Assembly: GCA_021613535.1 (NCBI GenBank)
Contig: CP075495.1
Coordinates: 2,666,001 to 2,730,000 of the forward strand
Direction: 5' to 3'
DNA from: Adineta vaga
Taxonomy: Eukaryota; Animalia; Rotifera
Length of the DNA: 64,000 nucleotides
In this document: positions 1 to 12,809 of the stretch, piece by piece
Numbering within the stretch: the first letter of the stretch is position 1
How the letters are laid out: every line of letters starts with the position of its first letter
The notes under the pieces: generated by a model
Told to the model about the DNA's origin: nothing
The model's input: the letters and a program-made list of their open reading frames with translations, nothing else
Database searches by the model: none
Program-made: the position numbers and the translations under genes

Positions 1-468
1 AACCATTTTTTTTCTCACAATGACTAGACCAGTTAGAAATTATGTTTTGATTATTGCTTACAAATATATAGACATCGAATTGACCCGCGAGCGAAAAGTG
101 TGAGAGAGGCAGAGGGAGAGAAGAAGCGAAAGAGAAATTTTTTTTTGGTACACAACGATATGTAATGCTGCTGGTGCACTTTACACAGTTTATAATCAAG
201 CGAAAAGAACGAAAAAACGAAGTGAAGGAGAGAAAGAAATTCTAAGTGCCTCTTTTTTGTCCGTGTGATCAAACATACGAAGTTAATAGTTAGTGTATGC
301 TGGTAAATATATTCAAAAAAAAAACAAAAGTCTATTTCATTTCTTTAGGTAATCAATTACCGATGTCCAAAGTTCTTTCAAGGTTTGTATTTACATTTCA
401 TAACTAAATATAATACAATTCTTTTTTTTCTTTTACTTTTTCACATGTTAGATAAATTTATAACAATC

Positions 469-3400
469 ATGCAGTCATTATCTGTCTATGCTCGACTATT
501 TGCACGTGCTATTAGTGGTACTGAAGCTGAAAATATTCTCTTCAATAGTTTAATACGTTTATCATCATCTTCTTCTGTTCATATAACACCCTCATCTCAT
601 CGTCTTGCTATAACATATCCATCATCAGCAATAAGACGTGCTGTACATCTAATCACTGCATCGTCGGGTTATTCTAATCATGATAATGATGAAAATGAAA
701 GTCGAATGAAAACAAGACAAACAAATTATTCCAGTGAACAACGAACCAATGTTTATGGTGATGATGCTTTTTTCATCACTAAACATCGTCTTGGAGATTT
801 CCTTGGTATGTAAAACTTCATTTGGTTTCTTTTATGAACATCAACAATGACGTTAATATTCTTTGTGAATATAGGTGTAGCAGATGGTGTGGGTGGTTGG
901 CGTGAACATGGAATCGATCCATCTTTATTCTCCAGTTCACTTATGGATGCATGTAAATCATTGATTGATAATAAACTTTTGGATTTAAATCCTATGACAC
1001 TGAAAGAATTACTATCGAAAGGTTACAAACAACTATTAGAAGATAAGCAATGTATTATTGGTAATAGAAATTGTTCATTGATGAAAATGATTTAATCGTG
1101 AAATTGAATTTTCTATGTTTTTTTTAGGAAGCAGTACGGCGTGTATTGTTGCATTACATAATGAAAAACGAATTTTACATACAGCTAACTTAGGAGATAG
1201 TGGCTTTGTTGTGATTCGAAAAAATCTTATTGTTCATCGTTCTCAAGAACAACAACATTATTTCAATTCTCCATTTCAATTAGCTATTCATCCAACAATC
1301 AAAGATCCTCGTTTGATTGCTGATAGGTAAGAATGATATTCATATATTCTAATGAAATTCTTTCGTTTTAAAATCTCCTCTCAGAAAATGATTATTCATT
1401 GGTAAATATGAACATTTGTAAAGAAAAATCTTTCATTTTATTTTGCATTTTCAAAAGTAAAAAGAAGAGCGATTCTGTTTTTCGTTTATTTTTATTGCTA
1501 AAAAAAGAACTAAAGAAAAAAATGAATCCATATAATTCTGTTTTATTTTTTTTTTCTTCTTCAGTCCGGATTTCGCTTCAGTTACTTCATTTAATGTCGA
1601 AGAAAATGATATTATTGTTATTGCCACCGATGGTCTATGGGATAATTTACCTGATATTACCATAGTTGAAGAAATTAAAAAAATTACAGTAAGTGTCTGT
1701 TTTTTTTCAAATATGAATGATTGTGTCAGGAGATTTGATTTGTTTCGTGCCAGTTTTACGTTGAGAAGACATTTCAATTAGTGATAAACGATCTTGTTCA
1801 TAATCATTATCATTGAAAATACTTGATGAACCATTATCATAATCAGAACTTGTATCAACACTTCGATTTCGTCGCAGTTTATATGAATGTGAGATCTACA
1901 CATAGAAAAAGAAAACAATCACAACGATAAAATGAGAAAATCGAATTGAATACCATCTTTTGGTTCGGAATAGGCTTTTGATGATGATTCAGCATCAATA
2001 TCTTTCATTGGAATATCATCAAAAGGTGAAACAATAACTTCATTCGAAACAGATTTAAATAGAACTGTTGCAACATCATCTTCATTGTCAATAGAAGATC
2101 GATCATGACTGGACTTTTTTCGATTAATATAAGATTTTGTTAGACTAATTTTACATCGTTGTACAAGTCCGAGTAATGTACATGAAAATAATATAAAAAA
2201 GACAATACCAAGCATAGGTGCAGCACCTACAAATGCTGCAACAACCCATTTTGGAATGTGTAAAGTCATGTTGATATCGTTCGTATGACCCTTGTAATTG
2301 CCAATAAAATATTTTCGAAATAATGTATAATTTATCGCAAGTCGATAGATTGTTGTTTTGATATCTACAAGACGCCGCGAAAGAGGGTGAGAAATGATAC
2401 ACGTATATACAAAGAGTATTTGACATACTTTCATCATCTCCAGTCCATTGCCAACTCTCGCTATTAGATTAAAGACATACTAAGAAAAAACTTGTTATCT
2501 TCGCTTTTCTTCTATACACAAACTTGTTGTTGCCTTTTTTGCAGTTGATTGACAAACGAGAATATACTACGAACAGAAGTCGTCAAATCCTTGGCTTGTA
2601 ATCAGAAGAATTTGATCAGAAAAGGAAATATAGAAGAAAACAAGCAACGAGAAAAAGAGAGAGAGAGAGAGAGAGTACAAAAAGAAAAAGATGAAAAGCC
2701 GCTGAGCGGAGTAATGCTCCTGAGAATAAAAAAGAAACAAGAGAAATAGTTGAATTATATATGTTTGTTTGTTTTTTTTATCTCGTTTAGGAACCAACAT
2801 TGGATAATTTACAAAGAATAGCACAAAGATTAGCTAAACGTGCATTAGAAAATGGTCATGATCCAAATTTCTACTCACCCTTTGCTCGAAGTGCCAAACG
2901 TTCATTGGGAATTAATATATGTGGTAAGAATGAATGAATTCTTTTTCAAAAATCAAGATCGTCTGTTTTATATAAATTGAAAGACGTTGACAGAAAATCG
3001 AACAAACGATAGTCTTTATTTTGACAAACCGATGGTTTATTTCATCTTGTTCTTTTGATATAATATTTCAAAAAAGAAAAAGGAAATGTTCAAGCAACAT
3101 GAAATCATTTTCTTCTCTTTATCATCGAGGAATTAAACAAAGAGAAAACACTTGATTCTTTATTCATAGTATTATTGAGAAAATTTTACTGACGAGAGAA
3201 CATTCGACACTATGTACATTAAATTGATTTTTATTAATAGATTAAAACACACAATATCATGTTGTTTTGAGAAGGTCATAGACAAAAGATAAACAAAAAA
3301 TTTCATTTGAAACATATGTGATCGAAGACCTAATTACAATGGATTATCCGACATCTTACAGCTGGAATAAACAAATCCGTTTATTAGCATATATATATAA

Positions 3401-3567
3401 AGAGAGAGAGAAAGAGAAACAGAATGTCAGGAAGAAAAAAAAAACCCAAACATCTTCCCATTTGAATAAATAATTCATTTCATTTTTTATATTGTTCTTT
3501 TCTTTTAGGTGGAAAACCCGATGACGTAACTGTATTACTTGCTGTAGTCAAATCAACATGTTTATGA
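469..3567 (+). CDS. PPTC7: Protein phosphatase PTC7 homolog (PP2C family), 6 coding exons
   Basis: Exons 469-805, 875-1060, 1128-1326, 1565-1688, 2791-2923 and 3509-3567 join in frame at GT-AG sites. Motifs: [58 protein letters not shown]. The N-terminus is Ser/Arg-rich and transit-peptide-like. Confidence 0.95.
1707..2269 (-). CDS. Putative single-pass membrane protein nested antisense in PTC7 intron 4
   Basis: ATG 2269 opens [38 protein letters not shown] (TM) followed by an acidic/Ser tail. There is a 58-nt GT..AG intron at 1953-1896, then a 62-codon open frame ([20 protein letters not shown]...IIHI*, TGA 1707). The splice phase is off by one, so the C-terminus is uncertain. Confidence 0.55.
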
Positions 3568-4122
3568 TGTATATATATCAGTGCAGACACGATCATGATT
3601 CGACGAATGCTATGAGTGGTGCTATATAATAATACATAAATATTCTTTGCGTTGTGTTGTTTTTTTGTTCTGTATTTTCTTTTTCGATAATTCTAGTCGT
3701 GAGTAAAACAACATCAATTAGTTTACAAGCATACATAGCTAGACCTGTTGTTCTTTAGCAATTCATTTTCTCGATCTATACATTGGTTGTCAAATTTGAC
3801 ATATTTGAATTTTTCTTGCCTAAAAGAACTACTTATGGCGAATCATGTGTGTTTTGTTTTGTTTTACTTAATTTAATTGTTGTTGTTGGTGGTGTTCTTT
3901 TGTTTTCCTCTTCACATGCAAATCTTCCCGATGCGTACTGTGTATGTAGTTTCGGCGACCGTTGATTGTTATTCATTCTAGTTCTTGCACTCTTACAGAG
4001 TTTTTTTTCTTCTTCCTCGTTTATTTCTTCTTCGTCTTCTTCTTTCATTACACTAAAAAAAAAGGAAATCTTCAATTGAATATATAGAACGCAAAGAAAA
4101 TCGATTCATACTGTTTATAGAT

Positions 4123-5946
4123 ATGTCGAATATAACCGAAGAAACAATAAATCGATGTTCAATAAGGCTAGGTGCATTCAACAGTAACTCTGTCGATACA
4201 CTTGTTAGATTATTACATCATCAGGATTATTGTATTCAATTAACTTCTGCAAAAAATAATTTAAAAGAAAAATTTGAAAATTTACTAACAACAAAAAAAG
4301 ATGCAGATCCAAGATACATGTTTGATGATACACCATGGACACGAATTGAATTAGCTGTAGTAATGGCTTTTAAAACAAAACATTTAGAAGAGAATGACGA
4401 TTCAAATCAAACGATCAGAAAATTGTCAATTAACGATGAATTAAATATTGCATATGCTTTTCTCTTAGCACAAATTAATGATCGTTTATCCTTATCTCAT
4501 GTCAAAGATTTAATGTTTTTATTGGATTTAAAAGGAAAAGCAGATAATTTATTTCATGTTTATGAAAATTCATCACAGAATTTCTCGAATTTCTGCGCAT
4601 CATTACTTCATTCTGAATATTTCAGGAAAAACTTAGTGATTGCTGATGAAATTATTCGAAAATTTCAATCATTTATCGAACGATATGAAGATTTTTTGAT
4701 CACCTATGATCAATTCTATAAATCAACACCAGAAATTAAAAATGATCGCGCATCATTTGATGCGATGATGAAAAACAATGATAATCAACAAGTTTTCATA
4801 CCTGCGTCAACATTATTACCATCTATTCATGAAAAACCCAAACCTTTAAGTAGAATAATTCTCCAACCTTTTCTTTTCAATTGTTATATTTATTGTTGAT
4901 AGTTTCTGTGCCCATCAAACAATCTCCGAAAGTATCTGCATCTCCTGTAATTCCACAGCAACAGACACCAATATCATCATCGTCATTGTTTGTCCCACGA
5001 AAAGGTCTATGTGTCATCATTAATATTCAAGCTTTTGTCACATCTGATACTTTCCAAACATCGTATCGAGCTGGATCTGATAAAGATGTTGATGTTATTA
5101 AAGTTATCTTTAATAAATTAGGTTTCACAGTATTACAATGTAATTTTGATTTTAAAAAAATACATTTGGATCAAGCATTAGATCATGTTGATGATAAAAA
5201 TCATTTCGGTCAGTTCGATTGTCTTGTTATGTTTATAATGTCACATGGGTAAAGTTATTGAAAGGAAAAATTCAACTTTACATATGTATTTTATTATTAA
5301 TAGATTATTAAATTCCTTTCTAACGAGTGATCATAAAATAGTGGTGATACGAGATATTATCAAACGATATTCAGATTCATCACCATCAACGAATTGGGCA
5401 GGTAAATCACGTTTGTTTTTTATTCAAGCATGCCGATCGAATTGGCCAGATCATATGCGGCCATGTGATGGTGAAGAAGTGAAACAAAATGATTTATCAC
5501 CACGTATGCTTGTCGCTTATTCATGTAGTCCATCAGAAGCATCAAAACGAAGTCCAACAAATGGATCAATTTTTATTCAAATATTTTGTGTTATGTTACT
5601 TCATTATGGTCATTCGTATGTGTTTGCAGTTTTTCTTCTGACTATTATTATTCTTTATATGTTTATTTCTAGAAGTCAAATTCAAAATATTCTTCGTAGA
5701 ACTGCTGAATTTGTTATTAAACGAGATGAATATGAAATTGCAAATGATAGAGAAAATAAATCAATTCAAAAACCTGAATTTCTCACATCAGATTTTAATA
5801 CAAATTTTCGTTTCGCAAAGAACTGTTTATTTCATACTTATAGTACATGGAGCTATAGAGAAAAGATTACTTTGGATAATTCGTTACGAATTTGGGAAGA
5901 ATATCGTGTGCGTATATACCCCTTTGCGATCGGAAACAGACAGTAG
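4123..5946 (+). CDS. Initiator-type caspase (peptidase C14) with long, DED-like prodomain, about 552 aa
   Basis: Exons 4123-4849, 4903-5248, 5304-5615 and 5673-5946. Motifs: RKGLCVIINI, YRAGSDKD, FDCLVMFIMSHG (catalytic His), LFFIQACRS (catalytic Cys), SKRSPTNGSIFIQ. Prodomain segment AFLLAQINDRLSLSHVKDLMFLL resembles DED helices 1-2. Confidence 0.9.
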
Positions 5947-6261
5947 CAATATTTTCATTTGTACGCATATAAATCATATGTTTTTTACCTTAATACTTTT
6001 AATCAAAGAAATAAACTCGAACGTTCTAATAGAATAACATACTTGTGCTTGGATGAAAACAATCTAGATATTCAAATGTTTGCTCGTGTTGTCTTATCTC
6101 TTTTTTTCCGTCTATTAGATGTAAAGAAAACAAAAAACTGTTTCGGTTTATTCACGTGTAGGTGATGAAATCGACGAAAGAACTACATCGTACAAGTAAA
6201 AGAAAGAGGGAGAGAGAGAGAGGAAAAAACATAGTTTGTTTTTATGTTCATTGAATAAGAA

Positions 6262-9200
6262 TTAATAATCTCGATGTCGTCGCCATCGAAAGGAATCATC
6301 AGTCGAAGTATCTTCTTCTTCTTCATCATTATCATCATTGTACTAAAATATCAAATGAAAATAATTTACTCAAGAAATAGTTTCCAATGAAATCATTACC
6401 TGTCTGGATCGTTGTGGTTTTCTCCATTCATAAGGAATTCGTTGATGATGATTATTATTCATTGGTAAACGTTTTATATCAGCAAAACGATGATTTGTTA
6501 TGGGTACTTGTCGCGGTGTAGATGGCAAATCGATACGTTTCTGACGTTTCGTTGTTGGTTTATAGTAAGAACGTGTACCATTACAATTTATTCCATTATA
6601 ACGATCCATACAACCTTGTTTTGTATCATTAAATATTGTTCCCGGTGGACAAAGAAATATATTATCTCGATTGCCAATACAAACATGATAAAGATTACAC
6701 CAATCTAAATCTGCAAACATATTTTGCTGATCTTTATTGATACAATCGAAACGTGTTCTAAATCGAAGAAATACGTAGAAGATTAATAATCGAATAGAAT
6801 TTTTGTTTTTTTATTTACGGAAATTGTCCAGTAGCATCAACACCTTCGAATAGAATTGATGCAACATCAGCTTTGGATTTTGATCGAAGAAAACTACGTG
6901 GTGTTAAACATAATGTACCTTTCGATCCATCACTGATATCTCCTTGATAATCACATTCTTTTTTCTTTGCATTAAAAACTAGTCCCGCTAGAAAACAAGA
7001 AAATATCAAGTATGTTTTGTTTCAATTCGAAGACGAGAAACATACGACTACATTCCATAGTGACACCAACACCTTGTTCATTACATTGTAAATAAAGATC
7101 ACAATAACGTCGATGTTCATATAGACCAGCACCTGTACTTATACAAAATTCTGATCGTAAATTTGATAATATGTCGATTTCAGCTAATTTTTCGACAAAA
7201 AATCTGCACAATAAAATACCAAGGGAATAAATAGATTGGTAATAGAAAAATGACTGTTTTTTCTTACAGAGCTTTGCCATTAAAATCTGCTCCGTCAGTT
7301 GATCGTTCTTTAGACCAATCGCAATGACCATTCGATGGAGTGTCCTGACGCCAAACCTAAGAAAAATCATACAATATTCTTCTCCATATTGTAGTTGCTT
7401 CCAGTTGTGACTGTAAATAGAAATAATCATAGATTTTACTTACTAAACCTCTTGTACAATATTGAATTGTATCAAATCCACCATGACAATTATGATACAC
7501 ATTACAATAATATGAATCAGCATAATCTCCATTTTGTTTTAACATACAGAATTTAGTTGAACGTCCTCGAGTATTATTTGAACCTGGACGTACTTCATCA
7601 TCGAGACCTTCCGTATCTATACATATTTAGAAAAATATTATAAATCAAATCGAATTTACATCATAAAAATAACTAACAAACCTATTAATTTTTCTCGACC
7701 TTTACAATCGACTTTATCTTCCCAATCACATTCTTTCGTATTCTCATTAAACATTAGTCTATTGGGACATCGTTTTGGATAATCCATTGCTGCTTGACAT
7801 TGATGAAATATATTACAAAATCGTATATCTGGATAATTTCCATCAGGCTAGTTAAGAAAGAAAGAAGGAAAGAAATATAAAATTTTCATTACAGAATTTC
7901 GAAAAATTCAATACATACTAAACGTTTACAGAAATTTTCTTTGATACCTTCCCACATATAATCAGGTTTACCTTTACAATCAACATTAACTGCCCAATCA
8001 CATTCATTTTTTTCGATAGAATATCGTAGATTATTTTGACATGTAAATACAACATCTTTACCATTTTGACATATATAATAACGATTACAATATTGTTCAT
8101 GAGCAAAATTTCCATTGGGCTATGAAAAGATATACGAAAAAAGCAAAAGATCATATGAAGATATTTTCTTAGTATATTACTTTATCAACACAAAATTCAT
8201 TGGAATCTTCACCTTCAAGTAAGATATTTCCACCTTTACAAATTGTTGATTCTGGCCAATCACATCGTTTTAATGTTTCATTAAATACTAATCGTTCCGG
8301 ACAGCGTAATTTAACATCAATATCAGCCATACATTGATGATAAACATTACAATCTATATTATAGAAACAACAAAAATCGATGAATAAAATCAAGCATTCA
8401 TGAATTAATCATAATTACAAAGTGGATCGATATAAAATCCATCAGTTTTCTCCATACAGAATAAACTTGATTCCAATGAAATAGCAATAAGTGTACGACC
8501 AGTACAACGAACATTATTTGACCATTCACATTTTTGTTGTTCATTATCCCAAAACAATTGATTAGGACATTGACGCATATTATCTGCACCTGATTCACAT
8601 ACGTGATAAACATTACAATATTCTTCATGTGAATACGATCTATGAGATTGAAACGAAAGAAAATATCTTTCATAGAAATATTTCATAAAATTGTTTAGTG
8701 TTCACTATTGAATCTCATCAGATTTAGTCTTACGAAACATTCTGTTTTGAAAATGTCAAAATGAACACGGTGACATTCTAGTTGATCCTCTTACCCGTCC
8801 GTTTTTCCTGTACAAAATGTTGAATTGAATTTATTTTCATTAGGTAACATTTTCTTTGGCGCACCACAACGTACAGATGATTCCCACCCACATTCTTTCT
8901 TTCGATCATCCCATTGTAATTCTCCTGTACATCGTACGATATGATCAGTACCACCAATACAATGATGAAATGCATTGCAATAAGTTTCTGACGAATATCG
9001 ACCATCTTGTCGATTGGTACAAAATGAAGTTTTACCCTGTACAACAGGCATTGTTTTACCTGTACAGTTGACATTTGTTGCCCTTTAAAATTCAAAAAAT
9101 GAACGTACAAGTCGAAAGAACAAGCTGAATCGGTTTTACCAATCACACATTTTTTTCTTTTCATTCCAAGCTAATTGATTTGGACAATGTTCGATATAAT

Positions 9201-11155
9201 CGATACCTGCTAAGCAATGATGATAAACGTTACAGTATAAATGATCTTCATAATAACCATCAGCACCGAGAACACATTCCAAAGTATCATTTACGATTTG
9301 TGGTTGTAATCGCAATGATGTTGTCGATGGAGTTGTTCTTTCGGTAGTGGTAGTAGTGGTGGTGGTGGTGGTGCTAGTAGTAGTAGTAGTTGTTGTTGTT
9401 GTTGTTGTACTAGTTGAAGATCTAGTTGATTTAGTCGTGGTAGTAGTAGTAATTGTTGTTGTTGTCGTTGTTCTTGGTATTGTGTATAAAATTTTACTAT
9501 CCTCATTAATATTATTATCAACATCAGGAAAAACTGATAACCGTGATCCACAATTAACATGTGAAGCAAGTTCACAATCGCGAGATATTTCGGAAAAAAG
9601 ATATCCTTCAGGACAAAGCGATGGTTCAGGTAAGCCTGATTGTGTACATATGAAATACATACTACATAATCGTTGATCAGGAAAACGAATACCAGTTACA
9701 CCTGCTGGACATGTAAATCCAATTTGAGTAAGTAATGATTGAATATTTGAATTTGGTAATGGTGATTTCGATATTGTTGTTGTTGTTGATGATGATGAAG
9801 ATAATGGTTTGATCGGCATAAAAGGTCTTCCTCGAAATTCATTTAGTTTAGAAATTAGTGAATGCATTGTTGTCGATTTGGTAGCCATTACTCTATTTGG
9901 ATAAGGTGCTTGGGTAATCGGTAGTCTGAAAAAGCCATGCACTGGCGATGGTCGTCTAGGTTTAAATGTTGATTTTGTTGTTGTTGTCGTTGTTGTTGCT
10001 AAAAAATCAAAGAAATATAAGATAGTTTGATTCATCCATCAAACAAAAAGTCAAACGAACAAGTTGTTGTTGTTGTTGTTGTTGGCTCCGGCAAAGGAAT
10101 ATCACTCATAAATTGAGAAGGATTTCGAAAATAATTTCCACCTTGATACCAAAAATGATCTGGTATGGGATATGGTCCTGGAGCAGGTAAACCTGCTTGT
10201 GCTGCTGCTTCAGCAAGTATAACAGGATCCGGTAATGATGGTTGATTATATTTGCTTTGATTAAAATTTATCATTGAAAAATTCTTTTGTAATTGTGACC
10301 ATAGATTAGGTGGAAGTAGATGAATAAGTGATTGCATCGTTTTTCTGTCAGTTAAATGTCGAGCTGCTTCTTCTGCAGTTGTATTATATATATCAAATGA
10401 TTTATGAGGAATTAAATTTTTACTATGAAAATCAGTTTGATTGAGTAAATTCATAAGTAAATGACTATTTTTTTTTAAAAATGTTCCCATTGTGGCATTC
10501 TCAGGAAAAATATTCTCTGTTACTTCATTCATTTGAGTATCTGTTGGCATAGATCGATTTTCAATCGAAGAATTCAATGTAGATGAAATTATAGTACTAC
10601 TTATTGAGGATAATGATGATGTTATCATCTCATTTGTAGAAGTTGTTTCATTATTCCATAGAGTCGTATCATTCATAAAGAAAATTGATTGAGTACTATT
10701 TTCAATTAAAATTGTTTCTATCATTGTTAATCTTGTTGTCGAAATTAATTCGGTTGTTTCCATTGAATCTGTCGATGTAAAATTGATTGTTGTTACATTT
10801 TCTATCTCTTTATCTCGAGATGTTATTGTTGATGTGTCAGATAAATTTTGAATCGATGATGTTGTATTTATTTGAAATAAATCAAATTGTATAGGATCAA
10901 AACCATCTTGAAATCGATCGTCAATTTGTTCTTGTTGTTGAAATGGCGATGGTGTTTCATCCGCATTTGGATAATCGAATGCTTGTAAATAATTAGGAAT
11001 ATATATAGATTGATGTTGTGCTTGAAGAAAATCTGTTAAAAATGACGAATTCAAAAAAATAAATAAATAAAGAGAGAAAAAATTTAAGTTTTTTTTTAAC
11101 CTGTGATAAGATACAAAAAGATGATATAGGAAGAATAATACCACCAATTCAACAT
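6262..11155 (-). CDS. Secreted mucin-like protein with about 10 chitin-binding type-2 (peritrophin-A/CBM14) domains
   Basis: Exon 1 (11155-11101) encodes a signal peptide MLNWWYYSSYIIFLYLIT. A Ser/Thr-rich region follows, then repeated C..DG.Y....CN.YH.C.......CP..L.[WF]N.....CDW...V.C units across many short exons. The last exon ends ...RWRRHRDY* at 6262. Confidence 0.92.
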
Positions 11156-12809
11156 TGTTCGAAGATATTCAATTGATTAAATACAAAAAAAAAGAAAAGA
11201 GTATGGTGATGATGACGACGACGACGACCGGCGACAGCGGCCTAATCAAGTTGTTGTGTGTACGGATGCAATTGCTCGAATTTCCCTCTTTGCACGCGCG
11301 TGTGCTCTTCTTCTCTCTCTATGCCTTTCCTTTTGTCGTATTCGTTTTCGTATATTCCCTCTTTTGCCTTTATGTGTATATATGTATGTGATTGTTTGTT
11401 TTACACTCGATGTTAATTGTGAAGAGAGGCGAAGGAGATCCAATGTCCGGCGTATACAAAGCTAAAGAAGGAGAATAAGAAAAAGAAGACGAATTGACAA
11501 GAGACAAACGAGGAAAAAAAAGAACAATACACGTAAACGAAAAAAAAAGAAGAGATCACCTCTCCTCTCGATTTATACCTTTTTCGTCTTCTTCCTTTTC
11601 TTTTGTCTACTTTCTAAATGATTGTATGTTGTTCAGATTACGACCTGAACTAGTCAAAGTTATTTTATCGACTGTTCAACTTGTCAAATAAGACTGACGG
11701 AAAGAATTTACTAGGCAAGATTTTGTTCGAAGGTGACATTGAATGGATCATGTGTGGTATTATATGTTCAACACAAAAGTTCCACATATCATTGTGATAA
11801 TTCTCTTCGTTCACTCTTCATTCTAATACCACAAACTATGTTTAACGATAGCAAAGGTCGAGCTAGCTTAAAGTTTATGTACCCAATTGTAAACATGCCT
11901 AGTGTCGAATTTTCTTATTTTTTCTCCTTGTTTCTCAATGCACGTCAAAAGCCGATGAGGGGGTGATGTAAGATGAATGAATATTCACCGTGTTTGTCTC
12001 TCCTTAACGCTTTTGTCATTCTTTGCCTTTCAACACAATCAGTTTCGTTCACCATACAATCAAATGTTTCAGCTGATTAAACCATAATAACCTTGTCCGG
12101 ATTAAAATCTTTATATACTGAAAATTTTCATAAATTTACTCATTAAAAACAGTGAAGAAAATAATTGATTTCTATGAATGTATCGTAAAATAGTGGTTAA
12201 TGTTTTTTAGCAATTTTGTTACATTTACTCAAAGAAAAACGACTGATGATTGTCACGCTTGTTTGCACGTCAATATGAAATATGTTGCGATCGAATGAAT
12301 AGTTTGTGTCATTCGTTTTTTATTCCTTCGATCGTTTATTTTTTTTTATCATTGATATCGCCGACGTACCATCACTTTCGATCATTTGTGCTTGTTTATT
12401 AGCTCTGTATAGTCGTTTGACGTGTTATTTTGTCCTTCGTTTGATGCATTTTGTCCCGTCTTTAGTGCGTTTTTGTGCGGTTTCTTACACTTATCAAACA
12501 GAAGAAACTTATAAATCTATGCTTCAGATTAATTTATTAGATCAAAAATAGGATAAACGAAAAAACGAAGATAGGTGAGATAAATGTTGAAATAACATAT
12601 CGCTCTAACAGATTACTTACAAAATAACTTGCATAATTAACTAAAATATGTGTTCAAGGATAGAATGAATTTATTGATTAATTTAATGTATCAATAAAAA
12701 AAATGATTAAATGTTTTGACGTGTTTTCATTTCATTTTAGTTTATTAATTTTCTGGTTATGCTTTATAAATATCAAAACTAAATTGTAGAATAGAAATAT
12801 AGAACAGCA

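Noticed and set aside
385-468. In-frame hydrophobic N-terminal extension of PTC7 (TILFFLLLF), reminiscent of the yeast PTC7 retained-intron TM isoform
   Set aside because: It is the pyrimidine tract of a 5'UTR intron, and there is no in-frame ATG upstream of the hydrophobic stretch.
9347-9676. Poly-Val ORFs on the plus strand (also 27116-27424 and 29111-29371)
   Set aside because: These are antisense shadows of poly-Thr and Gln-Pro coding tracts.
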